Assembly (NCBI GenBank): GCA_021613535.1
Contig: CP075492.1
Location: forward strand, 8,133,653 to 8,197,652
Length of the DNA stretch: 64,000 nucleotides
From: Adineta vaga
Taxonomy: Eukaryota; Animalia; Rotifera
Direction of reading: 5' to 3'
Shown: positions 1-11,852 of the stretch, piece after piece
Numbering within the stretch: the first letter of the stretch is position 1
Layout: each line of letters begins with the position of its first letter
Program-made: the position numbers and the translations under genes
The notes under the pieces: model-generated
Database searches by the model: none
Told to the model about the DNA's origin: nothing
The model's input: the letters and a program-made list of their open reading frames with translations, nothing else

Positions 1-1234
1 GAATACATCGATAAGAATAAAATGATGAATGAATAGAATGGTTCAAGATTAGAGATCTACTCTTTAGCTTTCGATTAAAATCAATCGATCAATAAATATT
101 CATTCGTAGACAGAAGAAAAACTATTTTACTTAGAAAATCATATCGATCAACTGAATTAACTTGATGTATAATTTCTTGACAATTTATTCATATATGCAT
201 ATATAAAAATGTTTCAAGGTAAATAATAAGAGAAAGATGTTTTTAAAGCGACAATATTATGAAAAAAATACATTTACTTGCCAACATCATTCGTGTAATC
301 GAAAGATAAAGTTGTATTTACTTGTCTCTCTGAATACAATTTTCGTTTCTAATTGGTGGTATTTGTCGACGATAATCCTCATGTTCAGTCCGAATAACAA
401 TGTCGGTATGATTTGATTATAATCAAATAGTCATCATCAATAGAATACTTAATAGTACTTGTCAAAAATCAATGGATGTCATTATTCTGATTAGATTGAA
501 TGGTGACAACAGAAGACAAAAAAAGAAATTATCAAATTTGTAATTATTGAACAATTGTTCTCAACTTTAATAAACTTGTATGAAGATGATAATTAGAAGA
601 GACAATTCTTGCCTTTCATTTCGATTGGAATGGCTTCCAATCAGAGATGATCTTATTTATTTCGAATATGAAACTTTTCTCCACGATAAATTCCATCGAA
701 AAAACGTCGATCTTCAAATACTGTTCGCATTTTTATAAACTAAATTTTCGGTAATTATTAGGTTTGATAGGTCGACTTTTGGTGAATAGTATACTTGGTT
801 CGGTTCGGTTCGGTATCACTCGACATCCTTTTACATTCATACATCTCGGAACGAGTATTCTTGTTTTTGATTCGATAGATCTGCAAAAAAAAGGTGTTCT
901 TTAAGTATATTTTCTCGCTTAGGAAACTGGATGTTTATACGATTGTTTACTAACACATATGTTCGATAAAAAATAGAACGGTTTGTTCCTGTGTTTTAAC
1001 TAAAAAAAACTCTACCATGAATAATCATAATTTTTGTATTTACAGTAGGACGACGTTGGCAACACATATCGCTATTTTATTCCAAATAAATGTTTTTTGA
1101 AAAGAAGACAGATGTTCAGTGTTTTTATCCATATCTAATTTTGCACCTTCTTTCACTAATAGCTCTGAAATGATTTTATTCGATATAGCTATCTTTAGAT
1201 GTGAGTAAATTATCGTTTTTGAAAATATTCTAAC

Positions 1235-2566
1235 ATGGAAATACTATTATTTCTGAAAACTGTACGAGATCAACTGCTTACATGGAATGTCTTTAAATCT
1301 AGATCATCAGATGCATTGGAGATTCGTCAACAGATTTTATCAACTCGTTTGTACATCGTGCTTGTGGCGATTTCTCTGATTATTCTAACAACATACGGCT
1401 TGATTCAGAATCAAACTGAGAAGAAAACTGTTGTCTTACAAAATCAAGCTGCTTACGAAAATCTTCAACAGAGATATAATATTAGTTTACAATGTTTTTG
1501 CAAACAAGACTCGATTGCTTATGGTCAATTTGTTCGAGTAAGCCCACGATTTCATCAAGTATGCTCGAATTTTTTGACTACTCAAAGTTGGATTGATTTT
1601 TTATTTGCTATCGATCGTTCGTTGATTTTGCCCATCGATATACGAACGAGTTTGAGTTCCATATGGCAATTAATTCGAACATTTTGTCGCAACTCAAAAA
1701 ATGTTACAGAAGAAACAATCTTTCAATTTTACAATTCTTTACTGATTGATACGATGTTGTTGACTGAACCAGTTTTAAAAGCACGAGTTCAAGCTACTCT
1801 CGAGCTGTTACGCTATAGCGCGGCATCAAATCTTCTTCAATCGACTACATTTGTGTATCAAATAGCACGAACAAATCAGTTAATATCAGGATTATTAACA
1901 AATTATTTGGTTATTCTAGAACGATATACGTCGTCAGTACAGCAGCCTAATAATCTTAGAGCAACTAATATTTACACTAATATCTATATGCTTCAAAACT
2001 CCACAATAGCTTGTTCCTGTAAAACGAATGATTCATGTCCATTACCTGCCAATATTTATTGGTCCAATGCTGTGAAAAGATTACAGATTTATGATTTGAA
2101 CAAAATTAAAGCCGATGAAAGTTTACCTGGTCTGGTAGTTGATTGTTTACCAATTCAAGCGACATTTTCATCATCATTAGAATGTTTTTATAGCCGATCA
2201 TGTTTAGATGTTCTTCTTTCAGCCTATCCAAGGAAAATATATGTTAGTATTCTCAATCAATCGCTTCCAACTCGTTTTCTTCCTTCGACAAAAATCGAGC
2301 AACTTGTCAACGAACTTTTTCTGGAAGAAATGAACAATGAAACCAGCTACAGTGACTATTATAATCAGTGTTCGCCACATTTCTGCACTTATCTTCGTAT
2401 CCATCGATTCAATTGGATTTCTGTCTTGGTCATTTTCATGAGTCTTATCGGAGGAATAGTCACTGTCTTACGTCTTATTACTTTATTGATTATTAAGATA
2501 ATCTTCTTCGTGAAAAAACGATTCTTTTCAAAGCAATTACAAGTAGAACAACATCCAAGTAAGTAA
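1235..2566 (+). CDS. Cys-rich bitopic (N-terminal TM and C-terminal TM) membrane protein of an unrecognised family, paralog A, 443 aa, apparently single exon
   Basis: ATG at 1235 and an uninterrupted ORF. Hydrophobic segment after ~35 aa (LYIVLVAISLIILTTYGL) and a second near the C-terminus (ISVLVIFMSLIGGIVTVLRLITLLII). Conserved Cys motifs (QCFCK, FHQVCSNF, LRTFC, YNQCSPHFCTY) are shared with the next two ORFs. Confidence 0.55.
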   Translation: MEILLFLKTVRDQLLTWNVFKSRSSDALEIRQQILSTRLYIVLVAISLIILTTYGLIQNQTEKKTVVLQNQAAYENLQQRYNISLQCFCKQDSIAYGQFVRVSPRFHQVCSNFLTTQSWIDFLFAIDRSLILPIDIRTSLSSIWQLIRTFCRNSKNVTEETIFQFYNSLLIDTMLLTEPVLKARVQATLELLRYSAASNLLQSTTFVYQIARTNQLISGLLTNYLVILERYTSSVQQPNNLRATNIYTNIYMLQNSTIACSCKTNDSCPLPANIYWSNAVKRLQIYDLNKIKADESLPGLVVDCLPIQATFSSSLECFYSRSCLDVLLSAYPRKIYVSILNQSLPTRFLPSTKIEQLVNELFLEEMNNETSYSDYYNQCSPHFCTYLRIHRFNWISVLVIFMSLIGGIVTVLRLITLLIIKIIFFVKKRFFSKQLQVEQHPSK

Positions 2567-2832
2567 CGCCGGATAAAAAACAAAGGCATTCATTTCTACG
2601 CTGTTTGATCGCCACTTATTAGATAACGGTATCTCCGATTAACTTTTTTCGTTCTTGTTTAAAGATAGAACGATGAGAATCGTTCGTAAATGAATTCAGC
2701 TTTACTTTTTAGTATCTTTCGAGTTTTATAATATCACCCAGCCGATTCTGTTATTGACTTATCTTTTTAGAATCCAAATTAAATGATCGTCTGAAAAATC
2801 ATCTGAGTAGTATACACGCTAAAATAATCAAT

Positions 2833-4107
2833 TTGAATTTGTATACACGATATTCTGGCGATCCTGAACGTTTTCGCCGAGGTGTTCTCTCCACACGATT
2901 ATACATTTTCCTATTGATTATTTCCATATGGATGACCATTCTATTTTCCGATTTATCCAATCGAATGGAGACCAAGACCTTCTCCAACATCTCTTTGGAA
3001 GATTACGAAAATTTGGAGAAACGATTTTCATCGAAAATAGTGTGTCCGTGTACTAACATATCATCTCACTATCGGGATATTATCAACATTCAAGTGAAAT
3101 ATCATCAGATTTGTTCAAGTGACTTTATTCAACCATCGTGGTATCAGCACTTTTCTATTCCAAGTGCTTCTAACGAGAAACTTGACTTTTTATCCATTGC
3201 TTCATCTTATTTTCAAACGTTGCGAACGTTTTGTCACATCGCAAATTTAACACTCACTGATGTCATTCAACGATTTCTCTCAAGAACTTTTCTTCATACA
3301 CAATTTATTTCCAAAAAATTATTTTATCTACAAATCAATTCAACAATTGATACATTTATTCAATCAACGAAAAGTGAATTTCGCTCCAAAATGTCTTTTA
3401 CTTTGGCAATAATTCAGAGTAATCAATACTTAAGTTATATGAAAACAAGCACTTATCTCCATTCAAAATACTACGATGACGGATCTGGAATGCGCTATAT
3501 AAGGACGACAATAGCACCTACATATAATATCGATAAGAATGGTACTAAACGCTTTTGTATTCTGGAATCCACATATGATATAAATCACGTTATGGAGCAT
3601 CCGAATACTATGCATCACTTTAACGGACAGCTGGAAGGAATACGTGGAGGTTGTTCGGTGACAATTACTACATTAAAATCAACATTATCATGTTGGTTTC
3701 AAAAGAAATGTTTAAAAGACTTAGATAGACTTCTCAGTAGTTTCAACATTTCGATACTTCAACCTGCATCTGCACTGGATCCATCATTACCTAGTATATA
3801 TAATTTGAACACACCAGTCGAACGAATTTTTGATGAAATGATGATTGAACAATGGAATATTTCTTACTCTTTTGAAAAACTTTTTCCACAATGTAAATCA
3901 TCGTTTTGTTCCGTTACTTACGAAGAGAAAATGAATATAATCCACTGGTGCACGATGATCATAGGGCTTATTGGTGGAATTAAGACCGTTCTCATATTGA
4001 TTTCTCCTATTTTAATCACAATTATTCTCCAAATTATTGATAAACTCAAACGAAATACACGATCAAATAACTCAACTATGCAACAAGAAAATCAACGTGA
4101 GTTATAA
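2833..4107 (+). CDS. Paralog B of the same Cys-rich bitopic membrane family; true start uncertain
   Basis: The ORF starts at a TTG, so the real ATG may lie in a small upstream exon (for example ATGAGAATCGTTCG/gtaaat near 2672). It shares STRLYI, a TM segment, VCPCTN, YHQICSSDF, LRTFCHI, EQWNISYS, CKSSFC and a C-terminal IGGIKTVLILI motif with the flanking ORFs. Confidence 0.45.
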   Translation: MNLYTRYSGDPERFRRGVLSTRLYIFLLIISIWMTILFSDLSNRMETKTFSNISLEDYENLEKRFSSKIVCPCTNISSHYRDIINIQVKYHQICSSDFIQPSWYQHFSIPSASNEKLDFLSIASSYFQTLRTFCHIANLTLTDVIQRFLSRTFLHTQFISKKLFYLQINSTIDTFIQSTKSEFRSKMSFTLAIIQSNQYLSYMKTSTYLHSKYYDDGSGMRYIRTTIAPTYNIDKNGTKRFCILESTYDINHVMEHPNTMHHFNGQLEGIRGGCSVTITTLKSTLSCWFQKKCLKDLDRLLSSFNISILQPASALDPSLPSIYNLNTPVERIFDEMMIEQWNISYSFEKLFPQCKSSFCSVTYEEKMNIIHWCTMIIGLIGGIKTVLILISPILITIILQIIDKLKRNTRSNNSTMQQENQREL

Positions 4108-4454
4108 TTAGTTGTAATACTAAGAGGTTGCCTATGCATGGTACTAAAAAAATGTTCGAAATGGTCGTTTTTTCCTATTAGAAGTTCATCGAATCTTTCT
4201 TTATTAGTTTGACGTAAAAATTCAGATACTAGAGAGAGTAAAAAGATACGATGCAATTATAGTCGTTACAGTAGAGAGAGAGAGAGAGAGATGAATTCAG
4301 ATATCCAATCATCCGGTAGCTACACAATATAGTCAATTCTTGGTATTTAACATAAACATTCTTGATCTATTCAAAGACGATTATATAAATGTGAACTGAT
4401 TTTTTAGAGATTGATAGCATAGATACTGCTGAAACCAGTCTACGAACTCGATTC

Positions 4455-5693
4455 ATGAAAAAGATTGAGATGTTCAATGTATTTGAAGATGGTTCAAATG
4501 ATTCTGAGATCGTTCGTCATCAACAGTTCTCTACCAGAGTTTATGTGTTGATATTTTCAATATGTATCTGTAGTATAGCAATTTATATACGATTTTCAAC
4601 ACGAACAATAATAAAATCGTTTCAAAACCCTTCGGATAGTGATTATAATCATCTTTTGGAACTTTATTCTCAATCATTGCAATGTCCATGTGAGAAAATT
4701 GCCATCGAATACAGAGGCTTTATTGAGATGAGGACAACATTTCATTCGATATGCTTCAGTGATTTTGTCGGAACTGAATGGCAAAACTTTTTGATCGGTG
4801 ACTTCTACCAAATGAACTATGATCGTCATGATCTTCGTGGCCATGGTAGTTCGTATTTTTCATTTCTTTCGACCTTTTGTAATATTTCTCGTCGAATAGT
4901 TGCCCATGCAATCGATCAATTTCTTAATGAAACATTTTTTAGTATCGATTTACTCTCCAAGTCGAAATTTGATAACCAAATCAATGATGATATTTTACAG
5001 TTTCAAAGACGTACCGTGACAAAATACTCGGAGATTTTGCAACTTTTTCGTGAAGTTTTAAATGAAAATGCTTTTGTATCTTCTTACGGTTTGAATTGGT
5101 ATTGGGAAAGGGGTGTAAATGAGAATATTGATCGAGTTCTTACTCACGCAGTCATGACAATAAATGGTTGTTTATGTGGAACACGAAGTGATTGTACCAG
5201 TTCAGCGGCAACTTATAATGATGGTTCGCGCGAATACAGCATACCTGGATGGAATATCGGATGTTCAGTTGTCGAAACACTATTACGTTCAACAATGATA
5301 TGCCTATATGATCGACATTGTCTTTCAACATTAATATTTTATCTTGGAAAATCGTCACATGATTTTCGTCGTTCAATTAATGTTTCAGCGCTTGATTTCT
5401 CAAATTCCAGTCGTTTCGAGATAAATACATTAATTCAAAACATAGCAAATGAATTATTTATTGAACAGTGGGAAACTAATATTTCCTATTCATCATTTTA
5501 TAAACAATGTGCTCCTCTTTCTTGTTCCTATGAATCTGTTCCAAATGATTATACTATGTACACAGTTTATGAAATTCTTGGTTTATATGGAGGACTAAGA
5601 ATTGTTTTACGATTGTTTATTCCACTTTTAGTGAAGCTAGTGCTGAAAATACGAAATCGGTTTCGAACGAATTCAGTTACTCCTAATGACTAA
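4455..5693 (+). CDS. Paralog C of the same Cys-rich bitopic membrane family, 412 aa
   Basis: ATG at 4455. Motifs FSTRVYVLIF (TM), QCPCEK, FHSICFSDF, LSTFCNI, IEQWETNISYS, CAPLSCSY and a C-terminal TM (LGLYGGLRIVLRLFIPLL) are co-linear with ORFs A and B. This is a three-gene head-to-tail array. Confidence 0.55.
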   Translation: MKKIEMFNVFEDGSNDSEIVRHQQFSTRVYVLIFSICICSIAIYIRFSTRTIIKSFQNPSDSDYNHLLELYSQSLQCPCEKIAIEYRGFIEMRTTFHSICFSDFVGTEWQNFLIGDFYQMNYDRHDLRGHGSSYFSFLSTFCNISRRIVAHAIDQFLNETFFSIDLLSKSKFDNQINDDILQFQRRTVTKYSEILQLFREVLNENAFVSSYGLNWYWERGVNENIDRVLTHAVMTINGCLCGTRSDCTSSAATYNDGSREYSIPGWNIGCSVVETLLRSTMICLYDRHCLSTLIFYLGKSSHDFRRSINVSALDFSNSSRFEINTLIQNIANELFIEQWETNISYSSFYKQCAPLSCSYESVPNDYTMYTVYEILGLYGGLRIVLRLFIPLLVKLVLKIRNRFRTNSVTPND

Positions 5694-8600
5694 TCACTCA
5701 CTCTTATCACTTAGTATGTGAATAAAAATGGTCTCAAACTAAAATGGAACTACTTCTACATGTATCAATCTTCTAATGATCCCATATAGATTTCTCTATC
5801 AGGAAATATTTATCTTGCTTTATTTTCCTTGAAATAATGGATGTTATCTCTATTTCTGCTACGACCGTTCGTCTTTTTTCGTTTTTGGAATATGTACAGA
5901 TCTGAAACGGAATCTTATTTATAAATGTTAATAATGGATTCTCATATACATACGATATTTGGAATATACTGTTATTGATTTCGTTTGCATATCACGCTAA
6001 TACCGTTTTTACGAATGTACTTTGAATAAGATTTGAGAGATAAAAAATCTGAATAGTTAACGAAATGAATTGAATGTTCTATTTTATTTTTTTCTCAATA
6101 GGTACTGTTCGAAAAAATTGCATCGAATAAAAAAGTTTTTTGTCCACTATTTCCTCCTCTTATTACGTCAATCTTCTCATTTTTTTAAAGCAATTTTTTC
6201 GATTTTCAATTTTTTCCCTTACATTTAACATTTTTATCATTTTGTACTATCCTAGAATGATCAAAATCAACTTTTTTGAAATTCTAGAAATAAAATATTC
6301 ATTGAAACGTTCACAGAGCACCATATATTACCGGAAGTGAATGTACACAAGTTGAACTACAACATAAAGTATAGAAGTAAAAATTGGTTACCTAAGAGGG
6401 ATCGATTTAATATTTTTATTGTATGTTTATGTCAACTAAATTGTGTAACTAAGTTTTTCTTCAGATGAAGACTATTATCAATGACATGGATGACTTTAAA
6501 AATACAAAGCTAGCACAAATCTATTTAAAATTCGTTTTAGAAATATTCAGGAGTATTGCCATCATTGTTTGCCATCGATGATGTGTATTTCAAGGTATTT
6601 TGTTAGGAAGATGGGTGCATCATCTGGTAAATCGTTAAATAAAAGTAATTCATTTGTACACAAGTGATTGAAGAAGAAGTGTCGCATGATGGTAATGAAC
6701 TAAACCTATAATTAAAGAAACTCATAGATTATGGAAATAAAAGATCGTTTTGAAATTTTATTCGATTGTTTAGCATGAAATTAATGTAGAATGTATGTTG
6801 ATATTTTAATAAAAAAGCCGAAAGAACATGGTCCTAATTATACATCTGTACGAATTTATTTGGAGGTTAGAAGTTCATGTGATAAGATTCGAAGAAAATA
6901 AATTTCAATGGATTTGCATATATTAGTAATTGCATCTTTGTAGATAATTATAGTGTTAGTTCAATTGAGAAAACAGGTTTTAATCCAATCATGATGATAT
7001 ATGATACATGTTTATTGTTATTAGGAATTTCAATAGCCTTCATGATGTTATTGTTTTGACTTGTTGAAATTTAAAACACAGACATGTCAAAGAACTGCTG
7101 TAATTTCACTACAAAAGGAAACGTTGCGTAAGTTCACTGGTACATTCATTCTTATGTTCCATATTTTACTTCAAGAAAAATTGTCAAATACTTCTATTAC
7201 GTTGTCAAATTTGACTAAAGACGTTAGTGGAATAGATTTATTGTCATTCGTACTAGTAGTTATATTTACCTACTTAGGATATACGCACACATAAATTCTG
7301 AAGCTAAAACAACGTTAGTATATATTAAATGCTCTTGATTTATTTCATGCTTTAAATTTCGTTTGAAAAAAATGATATGAACTGTCTTGAATGTATCTTG
7401 TTGAATTATATATAACGCAATGATTGAAGGATCTAAAAACTACAAGAATAGGAAAGGCTATGGTTATCTCACACTTCAGCACAACGTCGTTTTATTTCGA
7501 TAGGTTTTCTAAAAGAAACTACTAATTTTTTCTGACAAAATAAATGAACAAATCTTTTGGAAAGAAGAAGTTCAATATAGATGGCGTTCCTCCTTGTCAA
7601 TACTTGTATTACGTTGACAACTTTCAAATTACTTTTTTTCTGAAAAAAAATGACATTTCTTTTCTACAACAAAAGTGAATGAGCCTGGCATTTACATACA
7701 ACCACAATTATTGAAATTTATATTTTTCTCCTATAAAAAAAACAAAATAAAAATATCAATTGATTCCTAAAATTTTTTTGTTGATTCAATGCATTTGCTG
7801 AAATAATTTTAGCTAATAGAGCAAAAGATTGATTCATGTTATTGTATTACGACATTTTTTTTCGAATCTTCTTCGTAGAAGCATTTCTAATATTCACCAG
7901 ATTATTTCAAATCAATTATACTTTCGTTTCTTCTTTTAGATCTACCTCATTAAAGTTGTCATTGAAATGTCATTCTCAAAAATAATTGGCAAAACGTTTT
8001 GTGCGTTGATGTATCCGATATTGTGGAAGTCTGCTAGGCTTTAGCACACTATCTATGAAAGTAAACAGAATGCAACTAATAAAACCAAGAAATGTCTTGG
8101 TATGATAGAAGGTTCAATACTAGATAAACAAAATATTTATCAACTGGAACGACATATATCAAAGAATCCAGATTTGATACTGAGACATAATCAATTAAGA
8201 AATTACGGTAAGACACATTATATTCATTAATCAAAATGCATTATACATATTCTATATAGTATTATCTGGTAGTATTATTTACAATGGAGGTGTTTATTAT
8301 AGTAATATGATTGTGAAACGAATGAATATTATTGATGATAACATTCCTTTAATCAAACGTCCCAAAATTTTATCTGCAACTTCTTACAAATTCAAGTCAA
8401 ATATGTATTGGTGCAAAAAGTTTATCAATGGTCCAACATCGATGCATACTATAGACTAGATAAATTATATGAGTTCAGATATTAATTTATTATCAGGAAA
8501 GACAACCTCTAAGTCAACTCTTTCATTTAAAACTACACTGTGTCTTCTATTCTTTGTTATTTCTTTTTCTTTTCACTTGTTCTTCCCGCATAGATTCATC

Positions 8601-8977
8601 TTTCTTTTGTTTTTGAGGTTGTTCTTCCACTTTTCCAAAACATCCTAAAAAAATAAACATCAAAATGCTATGTAATATTCCTTACAAACATAAACTATGA
8701 ACACAAAAAGAAACTGTCGACTTAAACATATGAGTTGTTCAAGAAAAATAGACAAAATAAATTGCGGACAAATAAAAGGTAAAAATCCGTTCGATTAAAT
8801 CAAATTCAGCGTAAATAACTATAACCATTTACTTTCGACATTTCCTAATTTTTGTAACATCTTTATATATATTTATATATAGAATTGTAACCAATATCAA
8901 CAAAGAAAATAGCTTCCTACAGTTAAATATTTATTTGTAATAATATTTAATATTAAAAGAAAAATTGAAGAAAAGTT

Positions 8978-10116
8978 CTAACTAAAAAATATTTCTGAAT
9001 CATATCGTTCTGCTGGAATTGATGCTCTTCTAATTGTTTTATCAAAAACAGCAAATAAACCAAGAAGAGGTTGATCCTCATCTTGTTGAGTTGCTAATTG
9101 TTCTAAATGATGCTTATTTAATGGGCCATATAATTGTTTTCCATTTGAATGGAATATATAAAGATATTTTGGTTTTAAAACTGTTTTAATATAACTTAAT
9201 ATCTCTTGTTTAGTTGCTATCTCATTGGCTACTGAATCATAATAAAGTATCATATTAAGAATACGTCTTTCATGAAATAATTGTTCAGCTGATCGAAGTA
9301 TATCCATTTCTCCTTCGTCAAAATCGATTTTCAATAAAAAGATGGATGATGGCCATGAAATATCATCTAATCGAATTGATGGCACTTCGACTGGTGGTGT
9401 TGAGTTTTTTCTTATGTCAACGGCTGAATCTAATTCAAGGGTACTATTCGACGTTACATCACTAACTATGTTATGATAGAGATGAATAGATGTTGGAGGA
9501 AATGCATTAATTCGAATTGAAATATTAATAAGAGCAATAAAAGTTGGTTCGATTTCGAACATATAAACCATACAACCACAAGCTGCAGTATAAAGACCAA
9601 AATCACCTGAAATTAACAGACAACATGCCTTCTATGTATGATAATTTATAGAATTTTACCTAGATGAGCACCAATATCAACAACAATTGTCGATGAATCT
9701 TGACGACATTGATCAAATAGATGTAGAACTTCAAATATCATTACTCGTGCATCATCGATAAAAGGCTTAGAACCATTCTTTGTAGCTAATTTATAAGCTG
9801 GTGTTTGTTCATTCATAACAACAATAACTTCAAAAGGAGTTGTGGTTGTCGTTGTTGTTGTTGTAGTTATTGTCGTCGTCGTTTCAATAGTAGTAGTCGT
9901 GATCGATTCCGTTGTCGAATCAGATTGAACCGTATTTCCTACTGCAGAATTTAAGCTTTGCATAGGGATATATGATGAAATAGATTCCAAACTTGGAACC
10001 ATATCATAATAAAATATAGGAATGGCTATAGAAATCAAAGTAAATGATAAAAGTATCCAAAATTTTTCTCGTCGATAATAAACCGAATATATAATATGAG
10101 ATGGAAGAGATTGCAT
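8978..10116 (-). CDS. FkbM-family methyltransferase-like protein with N-terminal TM anchor and poly-Thr stalk (type II membrane topology); 2 exons (10116..9660, 9606..8978), ~361 aa
   Basis: Exon 1 ends ...GAHLG at a G|GTAAAAT donor. A 53-nt intron ends at ttaatttcag. Exon 2 continues DFGLYTAACGCMVYMFEIEPTF. The FkbM signature motifs are VVDIGAHLGDFG...FEIEP and LLKIDFDEGEMDILRSA (compare LKIDVEG.E..VL). The N-terminal hydrophobic segment is FWILLSFTLISIAIPIFYY. A run of about 20 Thr is encoded by ACA/ACT/ACG. Confidence 0.6.
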
Positions 10117-10821
10117 GGAAATAAATCACTTGTGTATTGTACACTAAATCTAGAAAGAAATATTCAAGGATTCAAAAGAATCGATATGCATGATCGAAGG
10201 AAAAACACAAGGTTAGAAGCATTGATATTTGGTAAAGTAAAATGGCTAACACATTAGCAAATGCTACATTGATTCCAGCTTATAACATAAAGATTCAAGT
10301 GGTTCTAAAGAAAAGATCGACATTCAAAATGATAAAAGAATTCAGATGGTAGAGAAGTAACCAAGAAATATATTCATCGATATTCAGACATATATTTAAT
10401 GTATTGATCATGTTAAGTCAGTCATGGTTCAATAATTTCTCTTTTTTTCTCGTTTTCTCTCCTTGCGCATGTGAAATAATTGTAGGATTGACAAATATCA
10501 TACTCCTTGATAAACAATATTTCTTTTCACGGTTATTGTAAAATGAAAAAAGAAGAAAATTTTAAAACGAGAATTGTTTATCAAATATCATGACAAAAAA
10601 ATCATTTGTAGGATTTGATTTAAGTTGTCTTTTTCTTTGCAGTCATTACACCAATTATTTCCTTTTTTTTTCAATCTTATAGAGTGGACTCAATTGTGAA
10701 GTATTTGAAAATAAAAGAAACGTCAAACTTCAGTTTTCCTTTTCTTCAGTTGTTAGAAGAGAAAGAACTCAAACGTATTTCTTATTTGTTTAAACTTATT
10801 CACAAAAAATAGCATAGCATA

Positions 10822-11304
10822 ATGAGCCACGCTCAAGGTACTCTAACAGTAACTATTGTTGAAGGTCGAAATCTCAAAGATGAAGATACGTTCGGTAAGA
10901 ATGATGCTTATGTTGAAATTTATGTCAATGAAGATTACAAACAACGTACAACAACTATTCAAAATACAAATAATCCAACATGGAATCAAAAATTTACATT
11001 GTAGGTTGAAATGATATTCATTTCGAACTAATTGATCATTTGTTTTTTCTTCTTCATTTATTAAAGTTATTTGAAAAAAGGTGAAGATGATCTACATTTA
11101 CATGTCTATGATGAAGATGTTGGCGATAAAGATTCTGTTGGTTCGGCAAAAATTGATTTGAAAAAACATGTATTCGGTAAGAATCGGTATGATCAATGGG
11201 TTAAACTACCAGCAATGTTAGGTCTACGTTCTAATGGTGAAATTCATGTCATCATCGAACATCAAGTAATATATTTATTGTTACTTTCTAGAAATGATTT
11301 CTAA
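10822..11304 (+). CDS. Small single C2-domain protein (~128 aa); exon 1 10822..11000, exon 2 11067..11265, 3' end uncertain
   Basis: ATG at 10822. MSHAQGTLTVTIVEGRNLKDEDTFGKNDAYVEIYV...NPTWNQKFTF then YLKKGEDDLHLHVYDEDVGDKDSVGSAKIDL is a classic C2 beta-sandwich pattern. The donor is ACATT|GTAGGT and the acceptor is ttattaaag|T. The terminal exon/stop could not be resolved unambiguously. Confidence 0.5.
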
Positions 11305-11852
11305 TTTTTCGTCTTCTATTTTAGCTATGAAGTCAAAATTTATTGTTGAACAATATGCATCATTTGAGCATGACTATGTTTTTTTTTCAAATATGCTTTT
11401 AGTAGATTGCAAAAGAGAATGTGTCGTTTGTTTAGAAATAATAGTTTTCTATCGCTTCTAAGACATAAGCATGCTTCTGTTTGTTATTTAGTCGATGCTT
11501 TGATTATAATAAAATATATAACTATATGAAAAAGCTTTCTAACTAACTTTGGTCGGAAGAATAGGAGAATTTTTTTTTCAAATATTTTCAAGAACAAAAC
11601 GATTCTTATTATTGTGTCAGTTACTCAAAAAAAAAGAGGAAAAGGAAGGAACGCATGATATCTCAGCCAACAGAATAAATAATCAACATTAAGAGTAATA
11701 TATAATGGTTGAAAACTCATCAGAGAATATGTCAGCACAGAACAGTCTAGAAAAACTTGAGTTATTTACCTGCTGTGGAAATTTTTTTATTGTTCATACC
11801 AAATTAGATCTCAAAATTAATAGTTGAGAAAGACATACTTGTCAATAAAACA

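Noticed and set aside
6140-7294. Small ORFs 6140..6340 and 7061..7294 in the AT-rich spacer after the three-gene array
   Set aside because: Low-complexity translations with no start context, splice partners or motifs. This is most likely intergenic sequence.
8530-8650. Short minus-strand reading frame ...GCFGKVEEQPQKQKKDESMREEQVKRKRNNKE* preceded by an acceptor-like ttttttag
   Set aside because: It could be a terminal micro-exon of some gene, but I could not link it to any upstream exon. The methyltransferase gene already ends at 8978.
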